From positions 32,001 through 96,000 of the IMG/VR virus record IMGVR_UViG_3300035661_000011: 64,000 nt of DNA; one strand, 5' to 3'. The notes beneath the pieces are model-generated. The model made no database searches, was not told where the DNA came from, and saw nothing but the letters and a program-made list of their open reading frames with translations. Source of the DNA: a virus. Positions 10,139-18,973 of the stretch are shown here, one piece after another. The translations under genes were made by a program, and so were the position numbers. Positions within the stretch are counted from its first letter, which is position 1. Each line of letters opens with the position of its first letter.

Positions 10139-10554
10139 ATAGAGATATTGAGGTGGTTATACCATTAACGAGATATAATGAGTGTAAAGATTTAGTAGGG
10201 TTGTTAGAGTGGTTGGTGATAGAGTATATTCAGGCTGGATTACACACAACTAAATTTAACGAATTTAGCGACATGGATGTATTTCATTTCCACTTATATA
10301 CTTACGATGAGATTCACGATTTAATTATACAGTTTAGGGAGGAGGATACAGCTGATGAAGTATTAGCTGACGCCGCACAGGTGTCTGAGGCTATGGAAGT
10401 CCTTATGTTAATAGTGGGTGATTTAGATTCGTTTTTATCGACTAAGGTGGCTTCTACATTAGCAGAACGTGTACAACACGGTATGATAACACTGAGTTCT
10501 GTAAGCTCCGTTTACAATAACAGTGTAGTTCTACATTTCGAAAGTTTGGTGTAG
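10135..10554 (+). CDS. Hypothetical acidic protein, paralog array member 6
   Basis: ATGA overlap. DIEVVIPLTR..LEWLVIEYI..NNSVVLHF. Confidence 0.78.
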   Translation: MNRDIEVVIPLTRYNECKDLVGLLEWLVIEYIQAGLHTTKFNEFSDMDVFHFHLYTYDEIHDLIIQFREEDTADEVLADAAQVSEAMEVLMLIVGDLDSFLSTKVASTLAERVQHGMITLSSVSSVYNNSVVLHFESLV

Positions 10555-10558
10555 TGTT

Positions 10559-10999
10559 ATGTCTGATACCGACATTGAAGTAATAGTGGACTTACCTAGA
10601 ATACACGATTTGTTACTAGGGTCTGATACATTTGAAATGGTTTTAATTGAGTACATAAGTTCAATTCTAGTATATGGTGAGGTATTTGGGCAAGTAATTG
10701 ATGACCAAAATCAAAACGCAATACGCCTAAATAGATTTAGTGAAATAACAGAGTACCTAGTGTATAATCAGGAGTTTGAAGATACTGATTATGAGGGAAA
10801 CAGTGTGGAGATGGATTCATTAGAAACAGAGGTACATAATTGCAATGACAATTTGCTACCTGTGTCCGGCGTTATAGATGAGTTTTTTAATTCAGCACCT
10901 GGGAAAAAACTCATAGCTAATATTGAGGAAAATGATTGGATATTAGAAAACATTATACCGTACTCAGAAAACTCAGTTATGTTTATATTCGTAACATAA
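10559..10999 (+). CDS. Hypothetical acidic protein, paralog array member 7
   Basis: DIEVIVDLPR..FEMVLIEYI..ENSVMFIF, alignable to member 6. Confidence 0.78.
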   Translation: MSDTDIEVIVDLPRIHDLLLGSDTFEMVLIEYISSILVYGEVFGQVIDDQNQNAIRLNRFSEITEYLVYNQEFEDTDYEGNSVEMDSLETEVHNCNDNLLPVSGVIDEFFNSAPGKKLIANIEENDWILENIIPYSENSVMFIFVT

Positions 11000-11002
11000 T
11001 GT

Positions 11003-11036
11003 GATACCACCTACCTATTAATAGGTAGGTGGTATC
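11003..11036. terminator. 34-bp perfect palindrome between convergent genes
   Basis: GATACCACCTACCTATT|AATAGGTAGGTGGTATC. Confidence 0.78.
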
Positions 11037-11044
11037 CACTACTG

Positions 11045-11497
11045 TTAAATCCCTAATTCTTTTGTTACACCATCTAATATATTGTTTTTTGTTTTAGCTT
11101 TTTCAATTGCTACTTCTCTAGCTACATCAATTAAATTATGTAGCTCATATATAGGTAGGTTTAATAATGTCGTTATAGATTCACCTGTCATTTCAGGTAT
11201 ACCCCATTTCATCATTTTTTTTGACACTAACCGTGAAATTGTATCTTTGTAGTAGTTTGTATTTTCAGAAAATGTAACAAGTGCAAAAGGTTTACTTTCT
11301 ACAATCAACCCGAGCCTTTCACTAACCATTTCTTTTATCAGCAATTGGTTTGTAATCGAATGCACGTTGTCTATACATAAGACATCTTCAAGTAGTGTAT
11401 CACCTTGTATACGCCGTATAGACCTATCACCGCGCATATTTATTACACACTGACTACCTAGCTCTGGTATCTCCAGAACATTAGGGTAGTAAAAAAA
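11045..11497 (-). CDS. Probable -1 frameshift extension (T-like part) of the upstream gene; alternatively an independent ORF from ATG 11437
   Basis: Frame is open from the T7 run at 11497 (FFYYPNVLEIPELGSQCVINMRGD...) to the stop at 11045. No SD before ATG 11437. SITTLLNLP motif resembles chaperone T parts. Confidence 0.65.
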   Translation of the reverse strand, partial: FFYYPNVLEIPELGSQCVINMRGDRSIRRIQGDTLLEDVLCIDNVHSITNQLLIKEMVSERLGLIVESKPFALVTFSENTNYYKDTISRLVSKKMMKWGIPEMTGESITTLLNLPIYELHNLIDVAREVAIEKAKTKNNILDGVTKELGI

Positions 11498-13182
11498 CTA
11501 TTCAGATTCACCGCTATTAGCTTATTAGCATCATCCTCATTTGAAGTTTGACCATACCCGCAACAAGGACATGGGAAGTTAGGAACTCCAGCAAATGTCA
11601 TAGTGTATTTTTCTTTTAGAGTTTTAGCTAACGTAGTTAATGTTTGTAACGAATCAGGATTTGCTGAATACGCTTCATTTAACTGTGTCAGTATAGCTTG
11701 CTTACTGTTGATGATTTTACGTCCAGTGGTGGGGTTCTGAGCGTCCTTAATTTCGATATACTGAATGTAAGGCGTGTACTTACCTAACGAAATATCTGTA
11801 GCGTATTTTAACGCTCTAGCTTTACGGAAATTACTATAACTACGTTCTGGCATATTAGCCGGTCTATTTTGGTCTATTGTTATAGCGATATGTGTTTCAA
11901 TACCTGCTACCCACTTGTTTGCTTCAGTCACATACTCGGATAGATTTGGAATTTTAAACTTAACAGTGTGTGTGGTATCAACTCCATATGAAGAGTTCTT
12001 AAGGAACACCTGTTCACTATTGAACTCCACATTAAACACATCTTCACGACGTTTTTGATAAGCTTTAACTTCATCAATTGTAACCGTCTTTTTACTCCAG
12101 TGTTCAACATCTTCTGCCGTTAATAATTCCATACGTGTATGTGTAATTAAACTGAAGTCTAATAACGAATCTGGTAAATATGTTCCATCTGGTCCTTTAG
12201 CGGACACTAGGTTGTAATCACAATCAGAATTAGAACATGGATGCCACACAGGGTAACCACGTGGATAAATAGCTGCTAATAACCCAGCTTTAATCTGTAA
12301 CATATCAGTTAACAGTATCAGTTCTTTCAGTCTGTTTTTATCAAACATACGTTTGTTAATTTCATCAACATTTGTACCTGTGACTTTATCAAGAAACATT
12401 TCAATGATTGTCATATTGATAACAACATCATCACCAGTATAAGATGCACCAGCTGTAGATTTACCGATAGCGTCATCTGACATAGATAGCATAGTGCAGA
12501 ACGTACTAAGTTCAGTTGTGGTGAACGGACTAATGATAAGTCGTACTCCACTAGCGAAGCAACAAACACCTGCACCAATTGATAAACCACTAGTTTGTAA
12601 CGCGTGATTTGTAGCGGTTACACCCTCCATGTTTTCTGGAGTATTTTTAGCACTCTGTGTTAAGTAGTTTACACCTAACTGACTACCAGTGTTTGTTGTC
12701 AATCGTTGTTTAGTGTGACCGTTTTCTTTAAACCATTCGTGGTAGTTACTACCCTCAGGAAAAGAGTTTTCACTAAGTACAACGTATTCTTGCATTAGCT
12801 GTGCAATTTTCTGATACTCGATATCTTCAGCGTAACGTTTAGGGTTTAATGCTTTTATCTTATTCATGTCAGACATGAATTGTTCAAAGATGTCGTTTAT
12901 GCGATTAATGGTATCTTCATCTTTAGCTAGAACGTGAGTAGTTTCAAATAGAATTTTATCACGAACTCCGTCAGTGGTATACGGGTTGATAATTGGTTCA
13001 TATGCCATCTTTGTGATAACAGGTTCGTCAGGTTTGTCATCAACTAAACCTTCTTCCTGCTCATAGATAACTTCTTCTGTGACATTAGATGAGTATTCTT
13101 GTTCATCAAGTAAAGTCTCTTCACCTTTTATACGAATGTTTCTGCCGCCGACTTTACCAGCGTTATCATTATGATCTGTCAT
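11458..13182 (-). CDS. phiKZ gp77-like protein; putative tail/baseplate assembly chaperone with Zn-binding Cys pairs
   Basis: GGAG RBS before MTDHND (13182). HPCSNSDC and FPCPCCG, KFKIPNL. C-terminal NSFFTTL over the slippery site. Confidence 0.7.
   Translation of the reverse strand: MTDHNDNAGKVGGRNIRIKGEETLLDEQEYSSNVTEEVIYEQEEGLVDDKPDEPVITKMAYEPIINPYTTDGVRDKILFETTHVLAKDEDTINRINDIFEQFMSDMNKIKALNPKRYAEDIEYQKIAQLMQEYVVLSENSFPEGSNYHEWFKENGHTKQRLTTNTGSQLGVNYLTQSAKNTPENMEGVTATNHALQTSGLSIGAGVCCFASGVRLIISPFTTTELSTFCTMLSMSDDAIGKSTAGASYTGDDVVINMTIIEMFLDKVTGTNVDEINKRMFDKNRLKELILLTDMLQIKAGLLAAIYPRGYPVWHPCSNSDCDYNLVSAKGPDGTYLPDSLLDFSLITHTRMELLTAEDVEHWSKKTVTIDEVKAYQKRREDVFNVEFNSEQVFLKNSSYGVDTTHTVKFKIPNLSEYVTEANKWVAGIETHIAITIDQNRPANMPERSYSNFRKARALKYATDISLGKYTPYIQYIEIKDAQNPTTGRKIINSKQAILTQLNEAYSANPDSLQTLTTLAKTLKEKYTMTFAGVPNFPCPCCGYGQTSNEDDANKLIAVNLNSFFTTLMFWRYQS
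11491..11497 (-). other. Slippery heptamer T TTT TTT (putative programmed -1 ribosomal frameshift)
   Basis: Minus strand AAT AGT TTT TTT ACT. The -1 frame has TAG directly before the run and is open after it. Confidence 0.6.
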
Positions 13183-13798
13183 CTGTATTCTCCACAGGTT
13201 GGTTTTGTTTAAGTTCAAGTTCTTTATAGTGTCTTTCAATTATAGACTGAGCGATATACATCGCTGCCTGCATGGGGGCTAATATTTTCAGAGTGTCATC
13301 AGATAATGAATCGAGGTCTGACATAGCGGCGTTATAGCGTAAGAAACTTTCAGCTGTAACTCGACCATGGTCATTGATTACTTTAATGTTAACTAATTTA
13401 TTACTGAAATACTGAATGTCACTTAAGTAAGTTCTAAGTGTAGAACTAGTTATTTCGGTTAACGCTAATACATCTGGTGGTAACGATGTGAAGTAATGTG
13501 CACTTCGTAATACATCTTGTACAATTGCGTTTTGTTTAGCGTAATCTCGTTTTAGGATATCCCAGTTATCACTGGATGCAACCATTTTTTTAGCTTGCTT
13601 ATGACTAATGTCTGGTGAACTACGTTTTGTTATTTTAATAGTAGCCCTTTCTAACCGTTCTCTTTTTAACGGACTCAGGTTGTTGATAGCCATAGTTGGG
13701 TCAACTTCACCGTATTTGGGTGTTACTTTCGGTAGATTTGACTCCTTGAATAATGTGGCTACATCTTCAATTGGCACTTCAGTTGGTGGTGTGTTCAT
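13169..13798 (-). CDS. Hypothetical helical protein (gp78-like position)
   Basis: 209-aa ORF, GGAG RBS, overlaps the next gene start. Confidence 0.75.
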   Translation of the reverse strand: MNTPPTEVPIEDVATLFKESNLPKVTPKYGEVDPTMAINNLSPLKRERLERATIKITKRSSPDISHKQAKKMVASSDNWDILKRDYAKQNAIVQDVLRSAHYFTSLPPDVLALTEITSSTLRTYLSDIQYFSNKLVNIKVINDHGRVTAESFLRYNAAMSDLDSLSDDTLKILAPMQAAMYIAQSIIERHYKELELKQNQPVENTDDRS

Positions 13799-13933
13799 AT
13801 TCTATATTCTCCGTTGTGGATATTATACGTTTAGTGTTTAGTACACTGAATTTTAGTAAACCATTTTATTTTATTTATAAATACGCTTATATATACGATG
13901 TGAGTATTTCTTTTTTAACACCTGGTGGTACAG

Positions 13934-14779
13934 ATGGATAGTGGCAATGAATTAATTTTACCGCATTTTGAAGGAATGCAAACCTTTCTTTCAGAATACA
14001 TTTTACAGCTCTTATATGAGACTGAACATATATTTACCGATGTGGATTACGATGGACACATTGATGACATAACGATGCTAGATAATACATATCCGTCGGC
14101 ATCTGGGTCAGAGCGGGCAAATATGACGATTAGTATTTATCGTGACAATATAGATTTGGTGTTAGCAAAACAAGGTGTATTTTTAGCAGACCCATTTGGT
14201 GCAAAACTATCGGATATAGTGGAGTTGTTTAAAGGTTGTACACTATTAGGTACACGGCCATTAAATGAGCTATTGGCATTCACAGTGGTGGATAGCGATG
14301 TCGTTGTTGAGGAGTATTTCGCTAATATAATTTCAGAACTTACTACGTTGGAACCACATCAGGTCGTAGAGCTTGTACAAAGTGTATCAGAATCTACGAT
14401 TGAATATTTACATCAAAACATTCCACTTCCACACGTTGAAGTTCATAGTGTTAATTTACACCGAGACAGATTTCTTAAACATTTACCTGATGTCGAACAT
14501 AGCGGTATAGTGGTTGACATGATAAAGTCGATTAACAACTTTGATTATAGTCCATTTGTTTTCATTCAAGCTATACGTAACCAGCTACTTGAACTTAATA
14601 AATACGAAATGGCAGATGAAATATACCTACTTATGTTAGGTAGTCACACAGTTACACCAGAGTTGCAAAAAACAACTACATCTGTTATAGACACCTTTGT
14701 TGAATCGTTAAGTGAAAAAATGGAACTAACTACCCTAGTTATTAATAAACTTAGAACTATGGCACACGACGATGAATAA
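13934..14779 (+). CDS. Hypothetical virion-associated protein (gp79-like position)
   Basis: 281-aa acidic ORF directly upstream of and overlapping the vRNAP subunit. Confidence 0.7.
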   Translation: MDSGNELILPHFEGMQTFLSEYILQLLYETEHIFTDVDYDGHIDDITMLDNTYPSASGSERANMTISIYRDNIDLVLAKQGVFLADPFGAKLSDIVELFKGCTLLGTRPLNELLAFTVVDSDVVVEEYFANIISELTTLEPHQVVELVQSVSESTIEYLHQNIPLPHVEVHSVNLHRDRFLKHLPDVEHSGIVVDMIKSINNFDYSPFVFIQAIRNQLLELNKYEMADEIYLLMLGSHTVTPELQKTTTSVIDTFVESLSEKMELTTLVINKLRTMAHDDE

Positions 14780-16034
14780 ACTCGACTTTTTTATATATTC
14801 TATAAACACAGAACTATATCTGTATCGTGGCTGGATAGAGAGTGTATATTTCATCTTAGTTGAAAATTCACCAGCTAGCCATTTACATGACCACGGCGTA
14901 CATTTAAAAGATAAAAAAATGTATGGTTTAGTCGATGGTAAAGAAACACAGATAACCGATTTTGTATTTGGGGAACCTTTATATAAACCGACAGAACAAC
15001 TCGTTATTAAAGCGCACCAGTTTAAATGCGTTAAACATGATACTATTACCAGTTACGGCATAGCGATTATAAACGCGTTTTACATAGAGTATCCATATAG
15101 TGGAAAGTGTGAATACATTAATCCTCCGCCTGGGAAATCTATTAAACCGTCACAGTTAAACGACGTAGCGCTACATATGCTACTCACTGATAAAGCCACA
15201 GTCGCTGAACATAAAAAGTTTGAAAACGCAGTGTGTTCTACAACTCCGTTGGTGGAGTGTTGTTTAGTTCCAGCTACAGAGAAATCGTTTATTAACAATA
15301 AACAAATTGCAGTTAGACGAGATGAATTATTAAAAGAGAACGAGGGACAATTAAATGATGGAGCAGTTATAGCAAATATACAGTCTGAACTAGAGAAATT
15401 GGATACTGAATATCTAAAGGGAGATCCATCAGAATTTTACTACAGTACAAAGAAAGCTAGGGCTAGTAGAACCCGTGTACATTTAATGTTCGGTGGAGAG
15501 CAAGATTACTTTGACTCCACAAATACAAATTTAGTTTCAAACTCTTTACAGGAGGGTATGCAGTTAAAAGATATACCTATGATGGCAAACTCTATTAGAG
15601 ATGCATCACGTAGACGAGCTGTAGCCACTGCTAATGGCGGTGCTAAAGTTAAAGAAACAACACGAGTTTTAGCTAACTACACCATTCTACCAAATGACTG
15701 TAAAACTAAACGTGGCATACTCAGGGAAATGAATGCTGACAACTACACACTTTACATCGGTAGGTATTTGGTAGGAGGTAACACACCGCTGAGTGAATTA
15801 GATTTACACAAGTTAATTGGGAAAAAAATACATTTACGCTCTAATCAGTGGTGTGATTCACCAGGTAATACTGTGTGCCCTATTTGCACGGGTGATAAAA
15901 TCTATGCCACTAAACTAGGTGTGTCCGCTTTAGCTAATACACTTACCAGTACACTGATGTTAATTGATATGTCAGCTATGCATACATCTGGATTAAAAAC
16001 ATCCAAATACAATTTCACCACAAGAATAACGTAG
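14772..16034 (+). CDS. Virion RNA polymerase beta' subunit fragment (phiKZ gp80-like)
   Basis: NSLQEG, TANGGAKVKE..R, DCKT, LRS..WC..VCPICTG Zn site, MSAMH trigger-loop-like motif. Confidence 0.88.
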   Translation: MNKLDFFIYSINTELYLYRGWIESVYFILVENSPASHLHDHGVHLKDKKMYGLVDGKETQITDFVFGEPLYKPTEQLVIKAHQFKCVKHDTITSYGIAIINAFYIEYPYSGKCEYINPPPGKSIKPSQLNDVALHMLLTDKATVAEHKKFENAVCSTTPLVECCLVPATEKSFINNKQIAVRRDELLKENEGQLNDGAVIANIQSELEKLDTEYLKGDPSEFYYSTKKARASRTRVHLMFGGEQDYFDSTNTNLVSNSLQEGMQLKDIPMMANSIRDASRRRAVATANGGAKVKETTRVLANYTILPNDCKTKRGILREMNADNYTLYIGRYLVGGNTPLSELDLHKLIGKKIHLRSNQWCDSPGNTVCPICTGDKIYATKLGVSALANTLTSTLMLIDMSAMHTSGLKTSKYNFTTRIT

Positions 16035-16107
16035 GAAGAATTATGCCTTACACTGAAATACAAGAGTCGAAAATACCACCAACCTCAACCACAGCGAGAT
16101 AAATAAC

Positions 16108-16755
16108 ATGGCACAACAACCACAACCCAATAAACAACCCCCTGTCACTGATACAACTAAACCACCAGTACCGCCACTTACACCACCAGAAACTAAAGTG
16201 GTCGTCGATGAAACCGAAATCGAAGGTGTGGAAGACAAAACCACCACTGTCACTGGTGAGGAATCGATAAAAGACATGACACCAACCAAAGAACAATCTC
16301 AAGAAGAAGAACTGACTCTTTGTCCAGATACACTTATTAATAAACAGTTAGTTCGTGGGTTAGAGGGTATTCGTGAACTATTTGAATCTGGTCAAATGTC
16401 AAATGTAGGTCCATTTCATGTGGATACATACAACGCACTGTCTCGTGCACTAACCTTACTTTCCTGGGAAGATACAAAACTTACGCTGGATAACATTTTC
16501 AAATACATGGAGCGTTACAGCGAAGGACATTGTCATCAAAATATCATTTTGCAAAATGTAACATTTTGTACATTGTCAAAAAGTTCACAACTTGAGTACA
16601 CTAAGTTGATGAGTTTATTTGTATCTCTACAAAACCCAAGTAGCCGTGGCGTGACTGCTAAGCAAATTAACTGGAGCACTTTTCCAGCTGGATTTACACC
16701 GGCTCACGGTGAAGCATATACTGCGAAATTTAAACGGTATTTTAACATCGTTTAA
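16108..16755 (+). CDS. Hypothetical protein with P/T/E-rich disordered N-terminus (gp81-like position)
   Basis: 215-aa ORF following the vRNAP subunit. Confidence 0.75.
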   Translation: MAQQPQPNKQPPVTDTTKPPVPPLTPPETKVVVDETEIEGVEDKTTTVTGEESIKDMTPTKEQSQEEELTLCPDTLINKQLVRGLEGIRELFESGQMSNVGPFHVDTYNALSRALTLLSWEDTKLTLDNIFKYMERYSEGHCHQNIILQNVTFCTLSKSSQLEYTKLMSLFVSLQNPSSRGVTAKQINWSTFPAGFTPAHGEAYTAKFKRYFNIV

Positions 16756-16765
16756 ATTTTAACGT

Positions 16766-16851
16766 ACAACTTTATAGTGTGTAGAATCCGTAGGTTTATT
16801 AAACATATATTATCTTTGGGTACTACAAATCTCCACTCACTATAAAGTTGT
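16766..16851. repeat. Inverted repeat (14-bp arms) enclosing a promoter motif
   Basis: ACAACTTTATAGTG (16766-16779) / CACTATAAAGTTGT (16838-16851). Confidence 0.7.
16801..16815 (+). promoter_or_regulatory. Promoter motif AAACATATATTATCT
   Basis: Exact copy of the recurring 15-mer. Confidence 0.7.
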
Positions 16852-16940
16852 TAACTAGCGTTAAGGTTAACTGTAGATAAGTCTACATTCGCATAGTTGG
16901 TTAGTAAAATAACCATTTTTTTAATCCATATAGGTGTAAC

Positions 16941-17141
16941 ATGAAAAAATCATATTTTTACACATGGTTTATACTATTCGCATTGATTCCTACGCTACTA
17001 TGGTTAAATCCAAGTGTCGAGGATTTGGACACTAGCGTTTTGTATTTGTCACTGGTATTATTTCCGTTAGCGGTGTATAGCATTACTTCACCGTTCTTCA
17101 AGGAAGCAATTGTCAGGTTTTACAAAAGGTGCATCGTATAG
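16941..17141 (+). CDS. Small membrane protein with two predicted TM helices
   Basis: AGGTG RBS. YFYTWFILFALIPTLLWL and VLYLSLVLFPLAVYSI. Confidence 0.65.
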   Translation: MKKSYFYTWFILFALIPTLLWLNPSVEDLDTSVLYLSLVLFPLAVYSITSPFFKEAIVRFYKRCIV

Positions 17142-17275
17142 AAACAAAACATCAAAAAACACTGGTATCTATCATTAACACAACTGCAACAACTGTGATA
17201 TACTCTGTAAACGGTATGTCACATCCGCAAAAGTTAGCAGTTAGTGTATTCAACAATATTTTCGAAAGGGTTTAA
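17129..17275 (+). CDS. Small ORF below the track cutoff (48 aa), possibly the frameshifted C-terminal domain of the upstream gene
   Basis: VHRIETKHQKTLVSIINTTATTVIYSVNGMSHPQKLAVSVFNNIFERV. Stop lies 1 nt before the next ATG. Confidence 0.4.
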   Translation: MHRIETKHQKTLVSIINTTATTVIYSVNGMSHPQKLAVSVFNNIFERV

Positions 17276-17276
17276 C

Positions 17277-18020
17277 ATGAACGAGTCAATAATTAAATTA
17301 ATTAAGTACATTGCAGACACGTATGGACTCACTGTAACACAATGTGGATGGTGGGTTGTGATTATCGTAGGTGTAATATTAACGTCTTATATTTCCGCTA
17401 AAATTGTATCTAGCTATTTGTTTGCACAGCGAGAAATTCGTCGTTTAAAGATTGACCGTGAAATATCAGATAACGCCATGAAAATCGATATTCGTATATT
17501 GCAGGAAGAGTTAACTGCATCGAATAACCTCGCTGCTGCGTTGGAAAAACACGTTGAACTAATAAACCGCAACTATCAATTATCTGAATCTACATTACGT
17601 ACACTAAAGACGAAATTGGAATCTGATACACAGTACAAAAACGACGTGTATACTGCTGTCGTTAACTTTTACCAAACCATTCATAGTTTATTGTGGAGAG
17701 GTAGTTTAAGCTTTGTAATAAAGGATTTGCTGGAACATTCACACCTAGTTCAAACATCGGATAATACACAGTTGGCTGTAGACAACTTATATAAAATTAA
17801 AGAACTCGTTTCAGTGTTAGATTCTGAGTTATGTGGAATCTTAATGGGTGTTCCCGGACACTTAGATCAGTTAACAAATAGTTTAATGAAATCCGATGAA
17901 TTCGTGGAAGTTTCGGTTCTGGTTCCTACAGCTGATGTAAACAACTTACATAGGTACACATACGAGCTTCGTCAAGTGTATGAAGAAAATAAACCGTTAC
18001 CATTAACAGAGGAAGTGTAA
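17277..18020 (+). CDS. Membrane-anchored coiled-coil protein
   Basis: GWWVVIIVGVILTSYISAKIV TM segment followed by heptad-rich helix. Confidence 0.72.
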   Translation: MNESIIKLIKYIADTYGLTVTQCGWWVVIIVGVILTSYISAKIVSSYLFAQREIRRLKIDREISDNAMKIDIRILQEELTASNNLAAALEKHVELINRNYQLSESTLRTLKTKLESDTQYKNDVYTAVVNFYQTIHSLLWRGSLSFVIKDLLEHSHLVQTSDNTQLAVDNLYKIKELVSVLDSELCGILMGVPGHLDQLTNSLMKSDEFVEVSVLVPTADVNNLHRYTYELRQVYEENKPLPLTEEV

Positions 18021-18022
18021 CT

Positions 18023-18280
18023 GTGTTGCTTACGATGGTTCTAATCGGCATTCTAGCAGTTTCATCAATGGTTGTTAACGTTGTGGCACTCGAACGTTTA
18101 TACCAAGTTCGTGAACAGTTGGATAAATTACACACCATGTATAAAGATGAATACGATAGCAGATTACGTGTTATCGAAAAAGATAACCTAAGTTTAGACC
18201 TACGCACTAACAGTATTGCTATTAACGTAGAGTCTGTTATGGCAAGACTCAAGCAAATTTCTAATAGATTAAGTCGATAA
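18023..18280 (+). CDS. Small N-terminally anchored coiled-coil protein
   Basis: GAGGA RBS, hydrophobic N-terminus, then amphipathic helix. Confidence 0.65.
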   Translation: MLLTMVLIGILAVSSMVVNVVALERLYQVREQLDKLHTMYKDEYDSRLRVIEKDNLSLDLRTNSIAINVESVMARLKQISNRLSR

Positions 18281-18284
18281 TACG

Positions 18285-18318
18285 GTGACACACAGAGACA
18301 GTTGTCTCTGTGTGTCAC
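18285..18318. terminator. 34-bp near-perfect palindrome
   Basis: GTGACACACAGAGACA-GT-TGTCTCTGTGTGTCAC. Confidence 0.72.
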
Positions 18319-18348
18319 TAGTTTATCTAGTATTCATTTTTTATATAT

Positions 18349-18361
18349 TTATATATCATCT
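18349..18361 (+). promoter_or_regulatory. Promoter motif variant TTATATATCATCT
   Basis: Same variant at 24449 and 62791. Confidence 0.6.
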
Positions 18362-18435
18362 GAATGAAACACAATGTACAGTTTTATTAAAAGTCGCTAA
18401 TCCTTTCGATTAGCTAATTAACTAGGAGTAACCTA

Positions 18436-18972
18436 ATGCCAAAAACAAATGTAGTTGAGTCAAGAGTAACTGTTGATGTAAAATTTTTAATCGAGTTATT
18501 TGACCATCACCGCGTGGATTGGAAGTCGTGGACTGTTAAAACTTTAGATAATCTCGTTATGGATTTATCTAAAGGTGAAAGAACTTTGTCGTATACAAAT
18601 GGCAATATTTCATTGAATTCTAAAGTGGCATCGTGTGAAATTTATTTTGGTGGTAAACAGCTGATAGAGACACACTTGGTATCTCCCACCGGAACACTCA
18701 ATCGAAATATTCCGTGTAGTGGTAAGTTGGGTATGCACGAAAATCCAAGGTTGGGTATTATCCGTGAAATAAAAGAAGAACTAGGTTTAGACCTAGAGCC
18801 TACCTACCTAGGTGTGAGTAAGGAAGATAGACATCACTCGTACTACCCTGGACTTTATGGTGAAGTGATACATTATCGTTTTGCAACACCATTACACCCA
18901 GACCAGTATAAAGCTGAGTATAAATTAGTTGAAGGCGATACAACCTTCACATTTAACTGGGTGTGTGTGTAA
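18436..18972 (+). CDS. Nudix hydrolase
   Basis: Nudix box GKLGMHENPRLGIIREIKEELGL (GX5EX7REUXEEXGU). AGGAG RBS. Confidence 0.85.
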   Translation: MPKTNVVESRVTVDVKFLIELFDHHRVDWKSWTVKTLDNLVMDLSKGERTLSYTNGNISLNSKVASCEIYFGGKQLIETHLVSPTGTLNRNIPCSGKLGMHENPRLGIIREIKEELGLDLEPTYLGVSKEDRHHSYYPGLYGEVIHYRFATPLHPDQYKAEYKLVEGDTTFTFNWVCV

Positions 18973-18973
18973 T

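Noticed and set aside
17178-17247. Nested hairpin as a tRNA or ncRNA
   Set aside because: No cloverleaf, T-loop or CCA, and it overlaps a plausible small ORF, so it may be incidental.
17277-18280. Holin-spanin lysis cassette call
   Set aside because: No lipobox o-spanin or adjacent endolysin is visible, and the promoter type is shared with non-structural genes.
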